Sequence record: OL631482.1
Length of the DNA: 64,000 nt
Source of the DNA: Escherichia phage ECML-359
Strand: one strand, 5' to 3'
The notes beneath the pieces were generated by a model that was given only the letters and a program-made list of their open reading frames with translations, did no database searches and had not been told where the DNA came from. Positions within the stretch are counted from its first letter, which is position 1; each line of letters starts with the position of its first letter. Of this stretch, positions 28,202-38,282 are shown in pieces. Both the position numbers and the translations under genes were made by a program.

Positions 28202-28897
28202 TTAATCTTGGAATTCGTGGCTAGAGCCTTGTTCCATTGCAATCACATAGCTTGCTTGTGTGCCTTCAAACTTCGTAGCAAATTTATCATCTTTCGCCCA
28301 AAGCATAACACGGTAATCAGCCGGAATCATTTTCATGTTCAGTTTGTTAATGATAAATTTAAACGCTGCATCGCCTTCGTAGTCGCCACATACCAGGGAA
28401 TACAATGGACGCGCTAACTCTTTATCTTCGAGCTGATTATAACCATGGATAACAATCTTACCGTCTTTGTTGGTGATTGCAAAAGTATCCAGAGACAAAC
28501 CACCAGCCACACGCAGAAGCTGCTGCAGGTCACTGCCTTTCAGGTCGAAAATAACCTTAGCTACTGGGAAAGGAATCTTCTTAGCAGGGAACACGATAGT
28601 GCTCGGGTCTGCTGCAGGCCAGTGAATCGTTGAACGTTGGTCTTTGATAATGATGTTTGATGCGTCTTCAGCCAGAGATACTTCAGCTTGGTCAGTTACC
28701 AGGCCCAGGATACTTAAGAAGCCGTTCAAGTCATAAATTGCAGCTTCAAAGTCAATTGTATCATTGATTTCGGCTTCGCCGTATGACGCTCCAGTTACGG
28801 AACGAGTCAGGATGGTATTACCTGGCTTAAGCATAATGCCAGAGTAAATGGAAGTGAAGTTTTTCAGAACTGCGATAGTGTCTTTAGAGAATTTCAT
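28202..28897 (-). CDS. 45: sliding clamp gp45 (231 aa)
   Basis: Size and position; T4 gp45-like. Confidence 0.85.
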   Translation of the reverse strand: MKFSKDTIAVLKNFTSIYSGIMLKPGNTILTRSVTGASYGEAEINDTIDFEAAIYDLNGFLSILGLVTDQAEVSLAEDASNIIIKDQRSTIHWPAADPSTIVFPAKKIPFPVAKVIFDLKGSDLQQLLRVAGGLSLDTFAITNKDGKIVIHGYNQLEDKELARPLYSLVCGDYEGDAAFKFIINKLNMKMIPADYRVMLWAKDDKFATKFEGTQASYVIAMEQGSSHEFQD

Positions 28898-28927
28898 TTA
28901 ATTACCTTTTATTCAAATCAAAATTAA

Positions 28928-29359
28928 TTAAGCAACAACTGCCATTTGTTTGCGGATAGCTTCCGGAAGAGATTCAATATACTCTGGAAGTTGCGCAGCA
29001 ATAATAGAACCAGCTTGCACCAGATGGTCGTCCGAGTTAACACAATAATCATCTTCAAGACGTTCGGAACCATCACGGTCGATAACCAGTTTAGCACCAG
29101 CAGCCAGTGAATCGTTGTAGTGATTACGCATCAGTTCAATCCACTTATCAGATACATCAGTATCAATCACACCGTACAGCATGAATTTAATTTCTTGCGG
29201 CAGAGACTGCAGACGGGTAGCAGATGCTTCATCACAGGCCAGAACCCAGGATTTGCGCACACGGTTTTGGTTATGCGGGTTAGCGTCAGTGCGGATGGTT
29301 TTAACTTGGATATCTTTAGCAGTTACGTTGTTCATAATATTCTCTCTATTCATTATCAA
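28928..29359 (-). CDS. hypothetical protein (rpbA position)
   Basis: 143 aa minus ORF between 45 and 46. Confidence 0.4.
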   Translation of the reverse strand: MIMNRENIMNNVTAKDIQVKTIRTDANPHNQNRVRKSWVLACDEASATRLQSLPQEIKFMLYGVIDTDVSDKWIELMRNHYNDSLAAGAKLVIDRDGSERLEDDYCVNSDDHLVQAGSIIAAQLPEYIESLPEAIRKQMAVVA

Positions 29360-29611
29360 TTAATCAAAGTATTCATATGCGAACCAGGCATTGTGTCTGT
29401 TCGCGATTATTTTAACATATTCTTCACCGAAAGCGTTTTGCAAGTCACGTTCAGTGACAAGGTGTTCATCTTTCGAAAAGGTATTAACTAACACATACCG
29501 TTTAATTTCAGGGACAGCCAGTAAATGCTGCCCGGTTAAGAAGTCAGCCATAATAGCCTCTATTATAACATCCTTGTTTAAAGCATTATTCCATAACGGT
29601 GAATCGACCAA
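29360..29611 (-). CDS. hypothetical protein (83 aa)
   Basis: Minus ORF. Confidence 0.4.
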   Translation of the reverse strand: MVDSPLWNNALNKDVIIEAIMADFLTGQHLLAVPEIKRYVLVNTFSKDEHLVTERDLQNAFGEEYVKIIANRHNAWFAYEYFD

Positions 29612-31268
29612 CTTTTTTCATCTGGAGATGTTGCCCGTATGCTTCCGGGTCATGGTCTCGGTGACTGATAATAAAAATGTTGGTGTCTTCCAATTTGTTC
29701 AGGATGGTAGCAATTGCTTTAACACCCTCTACATCAGTGGCCGAGTCAAAAACTTCATCCAGAATCAATGTGTTAATATTAACACCAGATACTTTCGCAG
29801 CAATATCGCGCCATGTAAACAGCAATGCAATATCTATACGAGCTTTTTCACCCTGGCTAAATGATGCATAGCTAAAGTCTTCACGTCCACGAGATTTAAT
29901 CGTTTCGTTGAACTCTTCATCTAACGTAAAGCTATAATCAGCTTCCATAACTTTAAGATAAGCGTTTATCTGCTTATTAAAGATGGGAATATATTTCTTA
30001 ATAATCGCGCCCTTGATACCAGAATCTTTCAACATATCCGTTAGGATACCACGTTGATATTTTTCCATCACAAGGTCAGATTTCTGTTTAACTATTTTAT
30101 CAAGCTGGTCTTGAAGCATTTTAATGTCTGCTGCATGGTCAATAAATTCTGACTTAGCTTGCTCGATTAATGCTTTAACCTTTTTAGCCTTTTCGACAGT
30201 CTGGACTAAGGTTTGTTTCTTAGTTTGAATGTCTTGAGCTATTGTACGCTGGTTTTGTCTTGCCTTGGTATACGCATCAAATTGCTCCTGAACAGCATTC
30301 TGGCGAGCTTTATGCTTATCAGCTGATGCATTACATTCTTCAATCTTTGCCTCAATCCTGGCGACAATGGGGTCTCCTGGGTGCAACTGACTGGCACAGG
30401 TCTGACAACAACCACCTTTCTCGTACAGACCAACAACCTTTCGATAATCGTCAATCTTCGATTTAATCAGGAATGATTCCTGCTTTAACTTCGTGAGTTC
30501 ATGCTCAGGGTCTTCTCCCAAGATTATCTCGGTCAGTCTGGTCGTTGCTTCTTCGATAGTCGTTTTGATTCCACGTGCTTCTGTAGCAAGTTCATCATAC
30601 ATCGTTTGCAGTCGCAACAGATTATCACCTGATAATTTTCGTTGACGGTCTTCGTTGTCCTGATAGATTTTAATCTGTTGAACGATACCGTCATGCTGTA
30701 CATCCATCACCTGGATTTGGCTATTGACTTCACGGATAAGAGATTTGTTCAGCTTATCCATATCGGCCAGTACAGAAACCTCTAAAAGGTCTTCGACAAG
30801 CTTTCTTCTGGCAGGAGTGGATAGGCCCATAAAAGGGGTATATCCAGCTGTGCCGAGTACGACAATTTGTTTGAAACTGGCGTATGACATTCCGATAAGC
30901 TGTTCAAATTCCGCTTGGAAGTCTTTACTGCTGGCAGATTCATCAAGACGTTTACCGCCACAAGAGATTTCAAAAACATTGGGTTTTTGCCCGCGTTTGA
31001 TATAGTATTCTTTTCCATCATATTCCATCCACAATTCAACGAGCATATCTTTTTTGTTGCTCGAGTTAATCAGCTGGCCTTTCTTTACATCACGGAAAGG
31101 CTTACCGAACATAGCAAAGGTAACCGCTTCAAGGAACGTAGATTTACCTGCGCCATTCTTGCCAGTTACAAGAGTTTTCTGGACTTTATCCAGTTCAACA
31201 GTAATCGGTTGAGCACCAACCGACATAATATTTTTATAGATAACTTTCTTAAGCTTAAACGTTTTCAT
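29586..31268 (-). CDS. 46: recombination nuclease subunit gp46 (SbcC/Rad50-like, 560 aa)
   Basis: Walker A GKNGAGKST, coiled-coil CxxC hook, signature/Walker B LILDEVFD. Confidence 0.9.
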   Translation of the reverse strand: MKTFKLKKVIYKNIMSVGAQPITVELDKVQKTLVTGKNGAGKSTFLEAVTFAMFGKPFRDVKKGQLINSSNKKDMLVELWMEYDGKEYYIKRGQKPNVFEISCGGKRLDESASSKDFQAEFEQLIGMSYASFKQIVVLGTAGYTPFMGLSTPARRKLVEDLLEVSVLADMDKLNKSLIREVNSQIQVMDVQHDGIVQQIKIYQDNEDRQRKLSGDNLLRLQTMYDELATEARGIKTTIEEATTRLTEIILGEDPEHELTKLKQESFLIKSKIDDYRKVVGLYEKGGCCQTCASQLHPGDPIVARIEAKIEECNASADKHKARQNAVQEQFDAYTKARQNQRTIAQDIQTKKQTLVQTVEKAKKVKALIEQAKSEFIDHAADIKMLQDQLDKIVKQKSDLVMEKYQRGILTDMLKDSGIKGAIIKKYIPIFNKQINAYLKVMEADYSFTLDEEFNETIKSRGREDFSYASFSQGEKARIDIALLFTWRDIAAKVSGVNINTLILDEVFDSATDVEGVKAIATILNKLEDTNIFIISHRDHDPEAYGQHLQMKKVGRFTVME

Positions 31269-31489
31269 GTATTGTTCTCACGAATTGTTTGTTCAGCATA
31301 TTCTAGCATTTCTTCGGAAGAAGCAAACACGTCGTCAAGTTCCATGGCCCATGAAACACCTTCAGAATATTCAGAAGTGACATACATAGTTCCGGTATAC
31401 CAAGAACCATCCACGTCCCATTCTACATTACCGAACCAGCCATCGCCAATATGAAAATCATGTTTATACATTTTCATCATTATAAGCAT
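31265..31489 (-). CDS. hypothetical protein (74 aa)
   Basis: Minus ORF (46.1 position). Confidence 0.4.
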   Translation of the reverse strand: MLIMMKMYKHDFHIGDGWFGNVEWDVDGSWYTGTMYVTSEYSEGVSWAMELDDVFASSEEMLEYAEQTIRENNT

Positions 31490-31727
31490 CCTTGATGCAT
31501 GATTCAGCCATATGAATTAATGTTTCTGGAGTATCATCTACCATTACATTAAAGCTAAATTCCACAGCCCAATCGGTGACTACATAGACTTTGATAAGTT
31601 GACCGGTTTCCCGGTCAGTGATAGCTTCAAACCAATACTTAATAGTATTCGGTTGATTATCGTCGTCAACAACATCACATTCGCGGATATGCTCAAGTCC
31701 CGCTTCATTAAAATCATAAAGTCTCAT
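31464..31727 (-). CDS. hypothetical protein (87 aa)
   Basis: Minus ORF (46.2 position). Confidence 0.4.
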   Translation of the reverse strand: MRLYDFNEAGLEHIRECDVVDDDNQPNTIKYWFEAITDRETGQLIKVYVVTDWAVEFSFNVMVDDTPETLIHMAESCIKDAYNDENV

Positions 31728-32743
31728 GGTTGTACCTCAAGATATAATTTGTTGGCCAATGCTTTAAGAGCTTTTGATTCTTTCTCATTGGTGTCAGGTA
31801 ATGCATCAATATATTCTGCCATCATATCAGTTAAGCGTTTTATGTCTAACTCTTCTTCGGAGTCAGTCGTATCAACACTGTTATCAACCTTATTGACAAC
31901 ACGCAATTCATGTACACGCTTTTCTAATTCAGATTCGAACTTGGTCAGGTCTTTATCGACTTTTTCTACAATAACACGGACTGATAGGTCTTTGAAGTCG
32001 TCGTAGTTAATAGTTTCGTTTGGATAAAAAATCTTCCGATGCCAGGTGGTTTCATTCGGAATAAATTTCATCTCTTCGGTTTCTGTATCAAATTCCCAGA
32101 ATCCGCGCGGGTCATTCTCATCACCTGCTGTTAATGTCCATGGCGTTCCTATGTACTTAACGTTCGCAGCTTCTGAAATGGTATGGAAGTGCCCAGACCA
32201 AACTTGCTTGTACTTCTTAAGGAAATCAGGCTCAAGCCCGTGGGATTTCAATCCTTTATAGAAATAAAACCCGGTTAATTCCCAGTGACCGATGCAATAT
32301 TCGGCACCAGAAGTTTTGATGTGTTGATGAATGTCAGTCGCGTTCTCGTCACACATCCATGGAATCATATCAATCTGACAACCGTCAAAATCAACAGTCG
32401 TTGGCTTGTCGTAGATTTTAACATGGTCATACTTATTCAGGAGTTCGGTGATAGCATTAGGATGAATCTTATTCTTCAGATTCATGTCATGGTTCCCGAC
32501 TATCGTGTGCATAGTAATTCCTGCTTCACGAAGGAGTTCCATAATCTCGCGGCTGAATTCCATTGTCTTATGCGTTACGGCCTTACGGACGTCAAAAATA
32601 TCACCATATTGAATCCAAACTTTAATTCCATTCGCTTTGGAATATGCAATCGCCTGTAAAATACCATCACGTTGAATGTTTTGAGCCCATGGGTCGTCAG
32701 CTTTGACACCCAAGTGCCAATCACCTAAATTTAAAATTTTCAT
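31724..32743 (-). CDS. 47: recombination nuclease subunit gp47 (SbcD/Mre11-like)
   Basis: Phosphoesterase motifs GDWHLG, GDIFD, GNHD; ORF-track start is TTG, true ATG at MKILNLGDWHLG. Confidence 0.9.
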   Translation of the reverse strand: MKILNLGDWHLGVKADDPWAQNIQRDGILQAIAYSKANGIKVWIQYGDIFDVRKAVTHKTMEFSREIMELLREAGITMHTIVGNHDMNLKNKIHPNAITELLNKYDHVKIYDKPTTVDFDGCQIDMIPWMCDENATDIHQHIKTSGAEYCIGHWELTGFYFYKGLKSHGLEPDFLKKYKQVWSGHFHTISEAANVKYIGTPWTLTAGDENDPRGFWEFDTETEEMKFIPNETTWHRKIFYPNETINYDDFKDLSVRVIVEKVDKDLTKFESELEKRVHELRVVNKVDNSVDTTDSEEELDIKRLTDMMAEYIDALPDTNEKESKALKALANKLYLEVQP

Positions 32744-32883
32744 AAGCCAAGCGCCGTTATCGCAGTGCAAAATAAAATTATTGAAATGAACCCGTCAGGA
32801 GTAGAAAAGAATCCTATCCAACAAGCTCGTGTGAATGTGTAGAATGCCATGAATAACACAACATATCCTAAAAATAATTCCAT
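32740..32883 (-). CDS. small hydrophobic protein (47 aa)
   Basis: GAGGAG site; ATGA overlap with gene 47 start; MELFLGYVVLFMAFYTF... Confidence 0.3.
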   Translation of the reverse strand: MELFLGYVVLFMAFYTFTRACWIGFFSTPDGFISIILFCTAITALGL

Positions 32884-32903
32884 ATAATCTCCTCAGTTGG
32901 TTC

Positions 32904-32928
32904 ATTTTATCATCCCGAATATAAAGCA
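32904..32928 (-). promoter_or_regulatory. MotA-box middle promoter (tTGCTTTA, 11 nt, TAAAAT)
   Basis: Overlaps T tract of terminator 32927-32949. Confidence 0.4.
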
Positions 32929-32949
32929 AAAAAGGAAGCACTAGGCTTC
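32927..32949 (-). terminator. terminator hairpin GGAAGC-ctagt-GCTTCC with T6 run
   Basis: Read directly. Confidence 0.6.
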
Positions 32950-33453
32950 CTTTCCAATTAATACACCATACAGAGGTTCATGAGAAGACCTGAACTTGAT
33001 AGGCTTATAGGTAATAGTACCTTCATTTTCTGCTTTAATACGAGCGGCTTCAAATTGAAGTATCATCTCATTTTTATCAGATTTAATCTTATCAAAATCC
33101 GTCGAATTCGTCATTCATATGACCTCTTAAAAATCAGGATGTTCGTCTTGAAATATATTACCCAATCGTTTTAATTCGTCGGAAGTAAGAATATCTACAT
33201 CATCAATAGTCATAATACACCTCTTAAACTTTTTCGTATTCGTCATTCATTAACCAGCAGTCCATGTTATCATCGTTGCCACCACTTCTTAAGTTGATGT
33301 GAATCCACCCAAACCTTGGCTACAGGCTCAATCCGAAAAATTTCATCGGAATACTGCCCAACCATTTTATATTCGGTTTCAGTCTGCTTGATACAGATAT
33401 TACCATATGAGCGAAGTCTGAAAGCGGCTCCGACAAGAAGCCGCTTAAAAGGT

Positions 33454-33765
33454 TTATTTACTAATGCCATTTACGATTTCCCAAATTTGTTTGCGAGTAG
33501 TTTCCCACATCAACTTAATCAGGTCTTCCGTAACTGGTTGGCGGTAAATTCCACGCAGTTTAACTAAAGCATATTTGTATGCTTCAAAATTGTTTTCCAG
33601 CACTGCCCCTTGAGCATGCTTATTCAGTCGTGCAATTTCACGAGCATTCTTTTTCAGAATCTTTGCCGCTTGACTCTGTGCTTCGAGTGCGTTCGCTTCT
33701 TCGAGACGTTCCTGTGCTTCTTCAATCTGCTTATCGGTCAGTTGAGAAATATCTGGAGCTTGCAT
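33454..33765 (-). CDS. hypothetical protein (103 aa)
   Basis: Minus ORF in 47-55 interval where T4 carries alpha-gt. Confidence 0.4.
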   Translation of the reverse strand: MQAPDISQLTDKQIEEAQERLEEANALEAQSQAAKILKKNAREIARLNKHAQGAVLENNFEAYKYALVKLRGIYRQPVTEDLIKLMWETTRKQIWEIVNGISK

Positions 33766-33766
33766 A

Positions 33767-34018
33767 TTAATCCTTGGGAGTTAACTCAATTGTAAAATAT
33801 AGATTAGCATTATCCACATGATAACGGTAATCAACGTTATTATCCGGCGAAGTAAATTCCAGATTCCGGACGTTTAAAGGGTCGATATCAATTGGAAGAC
33901 CTTTTATGTCTCGCAGATAAAGTTTAATGAAATATGGGAGCGCAGTAAAGTCTTCCTCGATTTTATCTAAAAAATCGGTAATATCAAATTGATGTTCCAT
34001 ATAAAAAATCCAAATCAC
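33767..34018 (-). CDS. hypothetical protein (83 aa)
   Basis: Minus ORF. Confidence 0.4.
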   Translation of the reverse strand: MIWIFYMEHQFDITDFLDKIEEDFTALPYFIKLYLRDIKGLPIDIDPLNVRNLEFTSPDNNVDYRYHVDNANLYFTIELTPKD

Positions 34019-34541
34019 CTTCTTTATCTTTGGCGCTCTTATCAGACCCTGGCGCTTTAACTAAAGAGGATTCGTACTGTGTCATTTTGTCATAGATGTC
34101 CTGGATAAATGTTTCATCAGCCAGAGCCACCATATCGTCGTCACGTGAATCATACACGTTATGAACGAAGTAGCTATATTTCTTTGCCATTTCTTTACGT
34201 TCTTTTTTGATACGCTGAACGAAAGCATTGAAGCAAGCCATTGTTATGTAAGCATGTGGATTATCGTATTTTGTTTCGTCGAAGTTATGAAGACCTTTTA
34301 TTGCGGCCTCAATTCCGTCTGCAATCATTTCTTGCTTCCAGGATTGGGTATATCCGGAGAAGTTGAAACGTTTGCTAAGACCTTCGGCTATAAGCATAAT
34401 TGCCAGACCAATAACATCGTTCTGGCGAATAATTTTATTCGGGTCGGTGTTCGCATTCAGCTTCTGTTTCCACTCCGAAATAGCTTTCAGAAGCTCTTTA
34501 TTATTTACATAGTTATTCTTGGTTAATTTAATTTCGTTCAT
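33984..34541 (-). CDS. 55: late sigma factor gp55 (185 aa)
   Basis: Size identical to T4 gp55; sigma-like region. Confidence 0.85.
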   Translation of the reverse strand: MNEIKLTKNNYVNNKELLKAISEWKQKLNANTDPNKIIRQNDVIGLAIMLIAEGLSKRFNFSGYTQSWKQEMIADGIEAAIKGLHNFDETKYDNPHAYITMACFNAFVQRIKKERKEMAKKYSYFVHNVYDSRDDDMVALADETFIQDIYDKMTQYESSLVKAPGSDKSAKDKEGDLDFLYGTSI

Positions 34542-34589
34542 ATCGCCTCGCTTAGTATATGAATATTATATCATCCTTAATACAAAGCA

Positions 34590-34856
34590 TTAGCGAAGTA
34601 AACAGTAAGCCTGAAAGACCTTCTCCATAATTGCCTTAAATTCATGAATGTCAATATAAGGAATAACCTCGGCATCACTAATGAATTCCATCAAACGGTC
34701 ATGCTCGTTGTGGTATTGTCCTTCATTCAGCATACTGATATGGGACTCCCAAGAGCCATACCCTTCTGCGTGCGGAAAGAATGTTATTTTCATGAATTCA
34801 TCCACCCAAAACGTTCCCAGGCCCTGGACGGATATCATTGTATGATTGATGTGCAT
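34590..34856 (-). CDS. hypothetical protein (88 aa)
   Basis: Minus ORF (55.x cluster). Confidence 0.4.
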   Translation of the reverse strand: MHINHTMISVQGLGTFWVDEFMKITFFPHAEGYGSWESHISMLNEGQYHNEHDRLMEFISDAEVIPYIDIHEFKAIMEKVFQAYCLLR

Positions 34857-35122
34857 CAGTACACCATCTGAGCAGCTTCTAAAACATCGTCAAGCTTATC
34901 AAACTGGTCAACATAATCAATCCCACCTACTTCATCTTTGGCATACAACCAATACTGATGGAATTCATATTCAATAATAAAGTGGTCACCTTCAATCTGG
35001 AGGACACCAACATCATTAAATTGAACTGCATAACCCGCCAGACGTACATCATTCAGGAGTTCTTCTTTCATAGTAATCATTTCCAGGTTTTTCTCATAAT
35101 GAGAGAGTTTAATTTTAATCAT
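34856..35122 (-). CDS. hypothetical protein (88 aa)
   Basis: Minus ORF. Confidence 0.4.
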   Translation of the reverse strand: MIKIKLSHYEKNLEMITMKEELLNDVRLAGYAVQFNDVGVLQIEGDHFIIEYEFHQYWLYAKDEVGGIDYVDQFDKLDDVLEAAQMVY

Positions 35123-35363
35123 TTAAGTAGTCCAGGAATTCGTCTAATGTCATGCCTTCCGCCCAAGCTATTTTAGGGTCAAGCATTTTCATATAAGTGG
35201 TCTTAGAGCTTATAGGAAGTATCCTGAAATCATAATGACTTCCACGTAGCCTCTTAGCCTCTTTTATAATAGTTTCACTATTAACCATCATAGATGTACG
35301 TTGGAAACCAGATAAAGCTTTAAGGACGATTATGGCTGATACACCTTCTGGTAAATTATTCAT
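35115..35363 (-). CDS. hypothetical protein (82 aa)
   Basis: Minus ORF. Confidence 0.4.
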   Translation of the reverse strand: MNNLPEGVSAIIVLKALSGFQRTSMMVNSETIIKEAKRLRGSHYDFRILPISSKTTYMKMLDPKIAWAEGMTLDEFLDYLND

Positions 35364-35686
35364 TTCGCACCCTTAACAATTTTCAGGTCAACAAAACCTT
35401 TCTTGCGCTGGGACTTCATACGCTTGATAGCTTTATCAGAAACTTCTTTGTTTTCGCGCAGAAGCGGCAGACCAAACGCTACTACATCAAATTCATTCAG
35501 GATATACTGGACAAGGCTTTCACGAATACGCGCTTTACCCATTGTCTGACCTTCTGCAATAATCAGTTTCTGTACATCGCCTTCCCACTGGTCCAGAATC
35601 TCAGGGGTAACAAAACCAGATTTCATCAGAGTGTTAACTTTAGCAAATGCGAAATTAGCGATGATGTTAGTGATAGATGCAGTCAT
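35360..35686 (-). CDS. hypothetical protein (108 aa)
   Basis: Minus ORF. Confidence 0.4.
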   Translation of the reverse strand: MTASITNIIANFAFAKVNTLMKSGFVTPEILDQWEGDVQKLIIAEGQTMGKARIRESLVQYILNEFDVVAFGLPLLRENKEVSDKAIKRMKSQRKKGFVDLKIVKGAK

Positions 35687-35758
35687 GATATATTCCTCAG
35701 TCTCATTAAATTAAAATTTTATTATCCTGGGGCCATTATACCATGACCCCGTTGGTTT

Positions 35759-35956
35759 TTATTGCGCTTTAGCCGCTTTCCAGCCTTCATACATCATTGC
35801 GGCTGATATTAATATCGCTCCTGAGCAACTTGAATATTTGTGATTCCAAAACCAGTTCAGAAAAACTTCGTCATCAATGCCTTGAGCTATCATATTTTCA
35901 AAGAACTGGCGACGAGATTCAGCAATTCGTTGCGATAATTTAGATTCAGGATTCAT
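35759..35956 (-). CDS. hypothetical protein (65 aa)
   Basis: Minus ORF. Confidence 0.35.
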   Translation of the reverse strand: MNPESKLSQRIAESRRQFFENMIAQGIDDEVFLNWFWNHKYSSCSGAILISAAMMYEGWKAAKAQ

Positions 35957-36088
35957 TTAAATTTTCCAGTTACCGTTTTCATCAATAAATTCAATCCAGT
36001 CATTTACTGACCACTTAGTTGTATCGCCTTTTGGAGCAGAATTTAAAGCGTATAATCCTTGTTTAAAAAGCATTCGTTTGATATTCAT
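35957..36088 (-). CDS. small hypothetical protein (ORF 35957-36181 trimmed to internal Met)
   Basis: Trimmed to avoid overlap with 36096-36389. Confidence 0.3.
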   Translation of the reverse strand: MNIKRMLFKQGLYALNSAPKGDTTKWSVNDWIEFIDENGNWKI

Positions 36089-36095
36089 GTTTTCC

Positions 36096-36389
36096 TCAGC
36101 TGTAACGATAGCACTCGTTTGATTTACGTTTTGCAACAAGATGAGAAGTATTATAATCCAAATCATCCTCAACGTATACATCTTTTTTCAACTGACGAAC
36201 TTCTTTACGCAGTTGACGATTCATCTCATTCTTGACTTCTGAATCAACGCCACGCATACGCTTCCATTTGTCTGAACGAAAGATATTTTCTTCAACTTGT
36301 TCCTGACTTACACCATCAGGCGCCTGACGACGCCCTGAATAATAAAAATCTTTTACAGACAATTCTTTACGACGGATAGTTTTACCCAT
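36096..36389 (-). CDS. hypothetical basic protein (97 aa)
   Basis: Minus ORF, Lys/Arg-rich. Confidence 0.4.
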   Translation of the reverse strand: MGKTIRRKELSVKDFYYSGRRQAPDGVSQEQVEENIFRSDKWKRMRGVDSEVKNEMNRQLRKEVRQLKKDVYVEDDLDYNTSHLVAKRKSNECYRYS

Positions 36390-36391
36390 AG

Positions 36392-36646
36392 TTACCTCAA
36401 CAGTTTGTATCCAATAAGATTTTTAATGTACTGGATATCTTTGACATCCAAATCCAACTTAAGGTCTTTCAGACGGTCGCACAGGGTCAAAAAGGTTACA
36501 TGCTTCCAATTCTTCACTGGGCAGCAATAAGTCTTAGGACCATTTGCAATTTCAATATTCTTATCAGTGACGGTGAGAAAAATTAGGCGCTCATCATCCA
36601 GATTAAGGGTAATGATATTTTTCATTGAGTGTAATTTCAGACTCAT
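36392..36646 (-). CDS. hypothetical protein (84 aa)
   Basis: Minus ORF. Confidence 0.4.
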   Translation of the reverse strand: MSLKLHSMKNIITLNLDDERLIFLTVTDKNIEIANGPKTYCCPVKNWKHVTFLTLCDRLKDLKLDLDVKDIQYIKNLIGYKLLR

Positions 36647-36818
36647 AATTTAATTTCCTTAGCTATCGAACAAAACACTCCACGGTCACAAATCATTTTA
36701 ATACCAAGGTCAATTATGGTATACCACACATCCAGGCTAGATATTTCAGTTACTAAAACAGCTTTGCCGTTGATTGAATAATACTGGTTGACTTTAATTT
36801 CTTTATCTTCAATAACCA

Positions 36819-36880
36819 TTTTGTTTTCCTCATCAGTAGTTGATGGGATAATGATACACCGTTCAAAGGGGCTTGTACAC
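36819..36880 (-). promoter_or_regulatory. PeSL-like early promoter cassette; -35 embedded in hairpin GGGGtgtacaaGCCCC
   Basis: GTGTACA ... TATCAT ... ATCCCATCAACTACTGATGAGGAAAA. Confidence 0.55.
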
Positions 36881-36887
36881 CCCTTTT

Positions 36888-37205
36888 TTAATCTTCAATT
36901 AAGTCCTGGTCGTACCCCAGGGATATCAGTTTTGTTTTAAAGGCAGGAATATTTGTCATTTTTTCATCATTGACAAAAATCACTGGGTAACGAATGTTAA
37001 GGGTAGGATATCCAGCACGCTTAGCCAAAGACACGATTAAAGGCCTGTCATAAGCGATTTCAGAGCCTTGTTTGTTAAGGACTGAATAGAATGTATAAGG
37101 AAGGTTTAAGGAGCCCAGAAGGCTCCTGACGTGCATACAACCAGGGCATCGACCGACTTCTTCGGGGATACCATAGATTTCAATCTTAGTCGAGTTTTGG
37201 CCCAC
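36888..37205 (-). CDS. nrdH: NrdH-like glutaredoxin (105 aa)
   Basis: CPGC redox motif near N-terminus; position near nrdG/nrdD. Confidence 0.55.
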   Translation of the reverse strand: MGQNSTKIEIYGIPEEVGRCPGCMHVRSLLGSLNLPYTFYSVLNKQGSEIAYDRPLIVSLAKRAGYPTLNIRYPVIFVNDEKMTNIPAFKTKLISLGYDQDLIED

Positions 37206-37485
37206 AGGAAATCACTCCTTGGTAGTTCCAGGTTTTAATAACTTCTTCATCGCTGGCGGTTGCATACGGGACATAAATCTGAATAAGGAAACCTGTGTCA
37301 TCGAAAGAGAAATAAACCGTCGGTTTGATTCCATGAATCTCAGATAGAGCATAGATATCTTTAAGGTCTTCTTCTTTATCAGCAAAGAATTTCGGGTCCA
37401 GGTCACAGTCGTGGAAGTACCATTCATCACCGAACTTGTCCCACGCGGTCCAATTAGTAGCTACATATTCTTCAAAACGTTTCAT
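37186..37485 (-). CDS. hypothetical protein (99 aa)
   Basis: Minus ORF. Confidence 0.4.
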   Translation of the reverse strand: MKRFEEYVATNWTAWDKFGDEWYFHDCDLDPKFFADKEEDLKDIYALSEIHGIKPTVYFSFDDTGFLIQIYVPYATASDEEVIKTWNYQGVISCGPKLD

Positions 37486-37721
37486 TCTTTCACCTTCATC
37501 ATTTTAGCAATAACACTATGCACAGCCTGGATTCGTTTGTCGAACTCAGACCCTTCGAGGCCCTTTTCAGTACTCAGGGCACCAATCATCACAAACAGCA
37601 ATCCAAATGGGATAACCAGGATTAAAAGGCACACAATAAACAGGACAAATGTAATATTGGCCAGGATATCAGAAACAGCATTACGAAATTTATTCATATT
37701 TACCCTTAATTGATTAACCAA
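37482..37721 (-). CDS. small membrane protein (79 aa)
   Basis: Hydrophobic core FVLFIVCLLILVIPFGLLFVMIGAL. Confidence 0.4.
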   Translation of the reverse strand: MVNQLRVNMNKFRNAVSDILANITFVLFIVCLLILVIPFGLLFVMIGALSTEKGLEGSEFDKRIQAVHSVIAKMMKVKE

Positions 37722-37811
37722 GCATTGATAAGCACTAAACTATACTGCGAATAAAATTCTGGACCAAAATGAAAAATCATATCATTTATAGTATCCATAA
37801 TATAATTAAAT

Positions 37812-38282
37812 TTAATCATGTTTCCACACCCCATTGGTATTTGACCAAAGTCGCTGATTATCTGACCCTCGCCACAGTTTTTTGGTCGGAAGATTTTTCT
37901 CATACTTCCCATCAATAATAACATCAACATATTTAAGCATTTCTAGTTGTTTAATATCTTCAAACTTATATCCTGTCCACATCCAAATGCTTTTATTTGG
38001 ATAAAGATTTTTAACAGTTTGAACCACAGAGTGAATAACATCTCGGTTATCAGGATAGAGAGGGTCTCCTCCAGTTATAGTTAATCCTTCTATATAATCA
38101 TTATTCAAACATTCAATTAATTGTTCTAGTGTTTCACCAGTGAATGGAATACCATTTCTAGCGTTCCATGTTGATTTATTATAACACCCTTCACATTTAT
38201 GCAAACAACCTGTAACGAAAAGAACGACCCTGCAACCAGGGCCATTAATAAAATCACAAGGATAAATTCTATCATAATTCAT
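37812..38282 (-). CDS. nrdG: anaerobic ribonucleotide reductase activating protein NrdG (156 aa)
   Basis: Radical-SAM CxxxCxxC (CLHKCEGC); T4 NrdG size. Confidence 0.85.
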   Translation of the reverse strand: MNYDRIYPCDFINGPGCRVVLFVTGCLHKCEGCYNKSTWNARNGIPFTGETLEQLIECLNNDYIEGLTITGGDPLYPDNRDVIHSVVQTVKNLYPNKSIWMWTGYKFEDIKQLEMLKYVDVIIDGKYEKNLPTKKLWRGSDNQRLWSNTNGVWKHD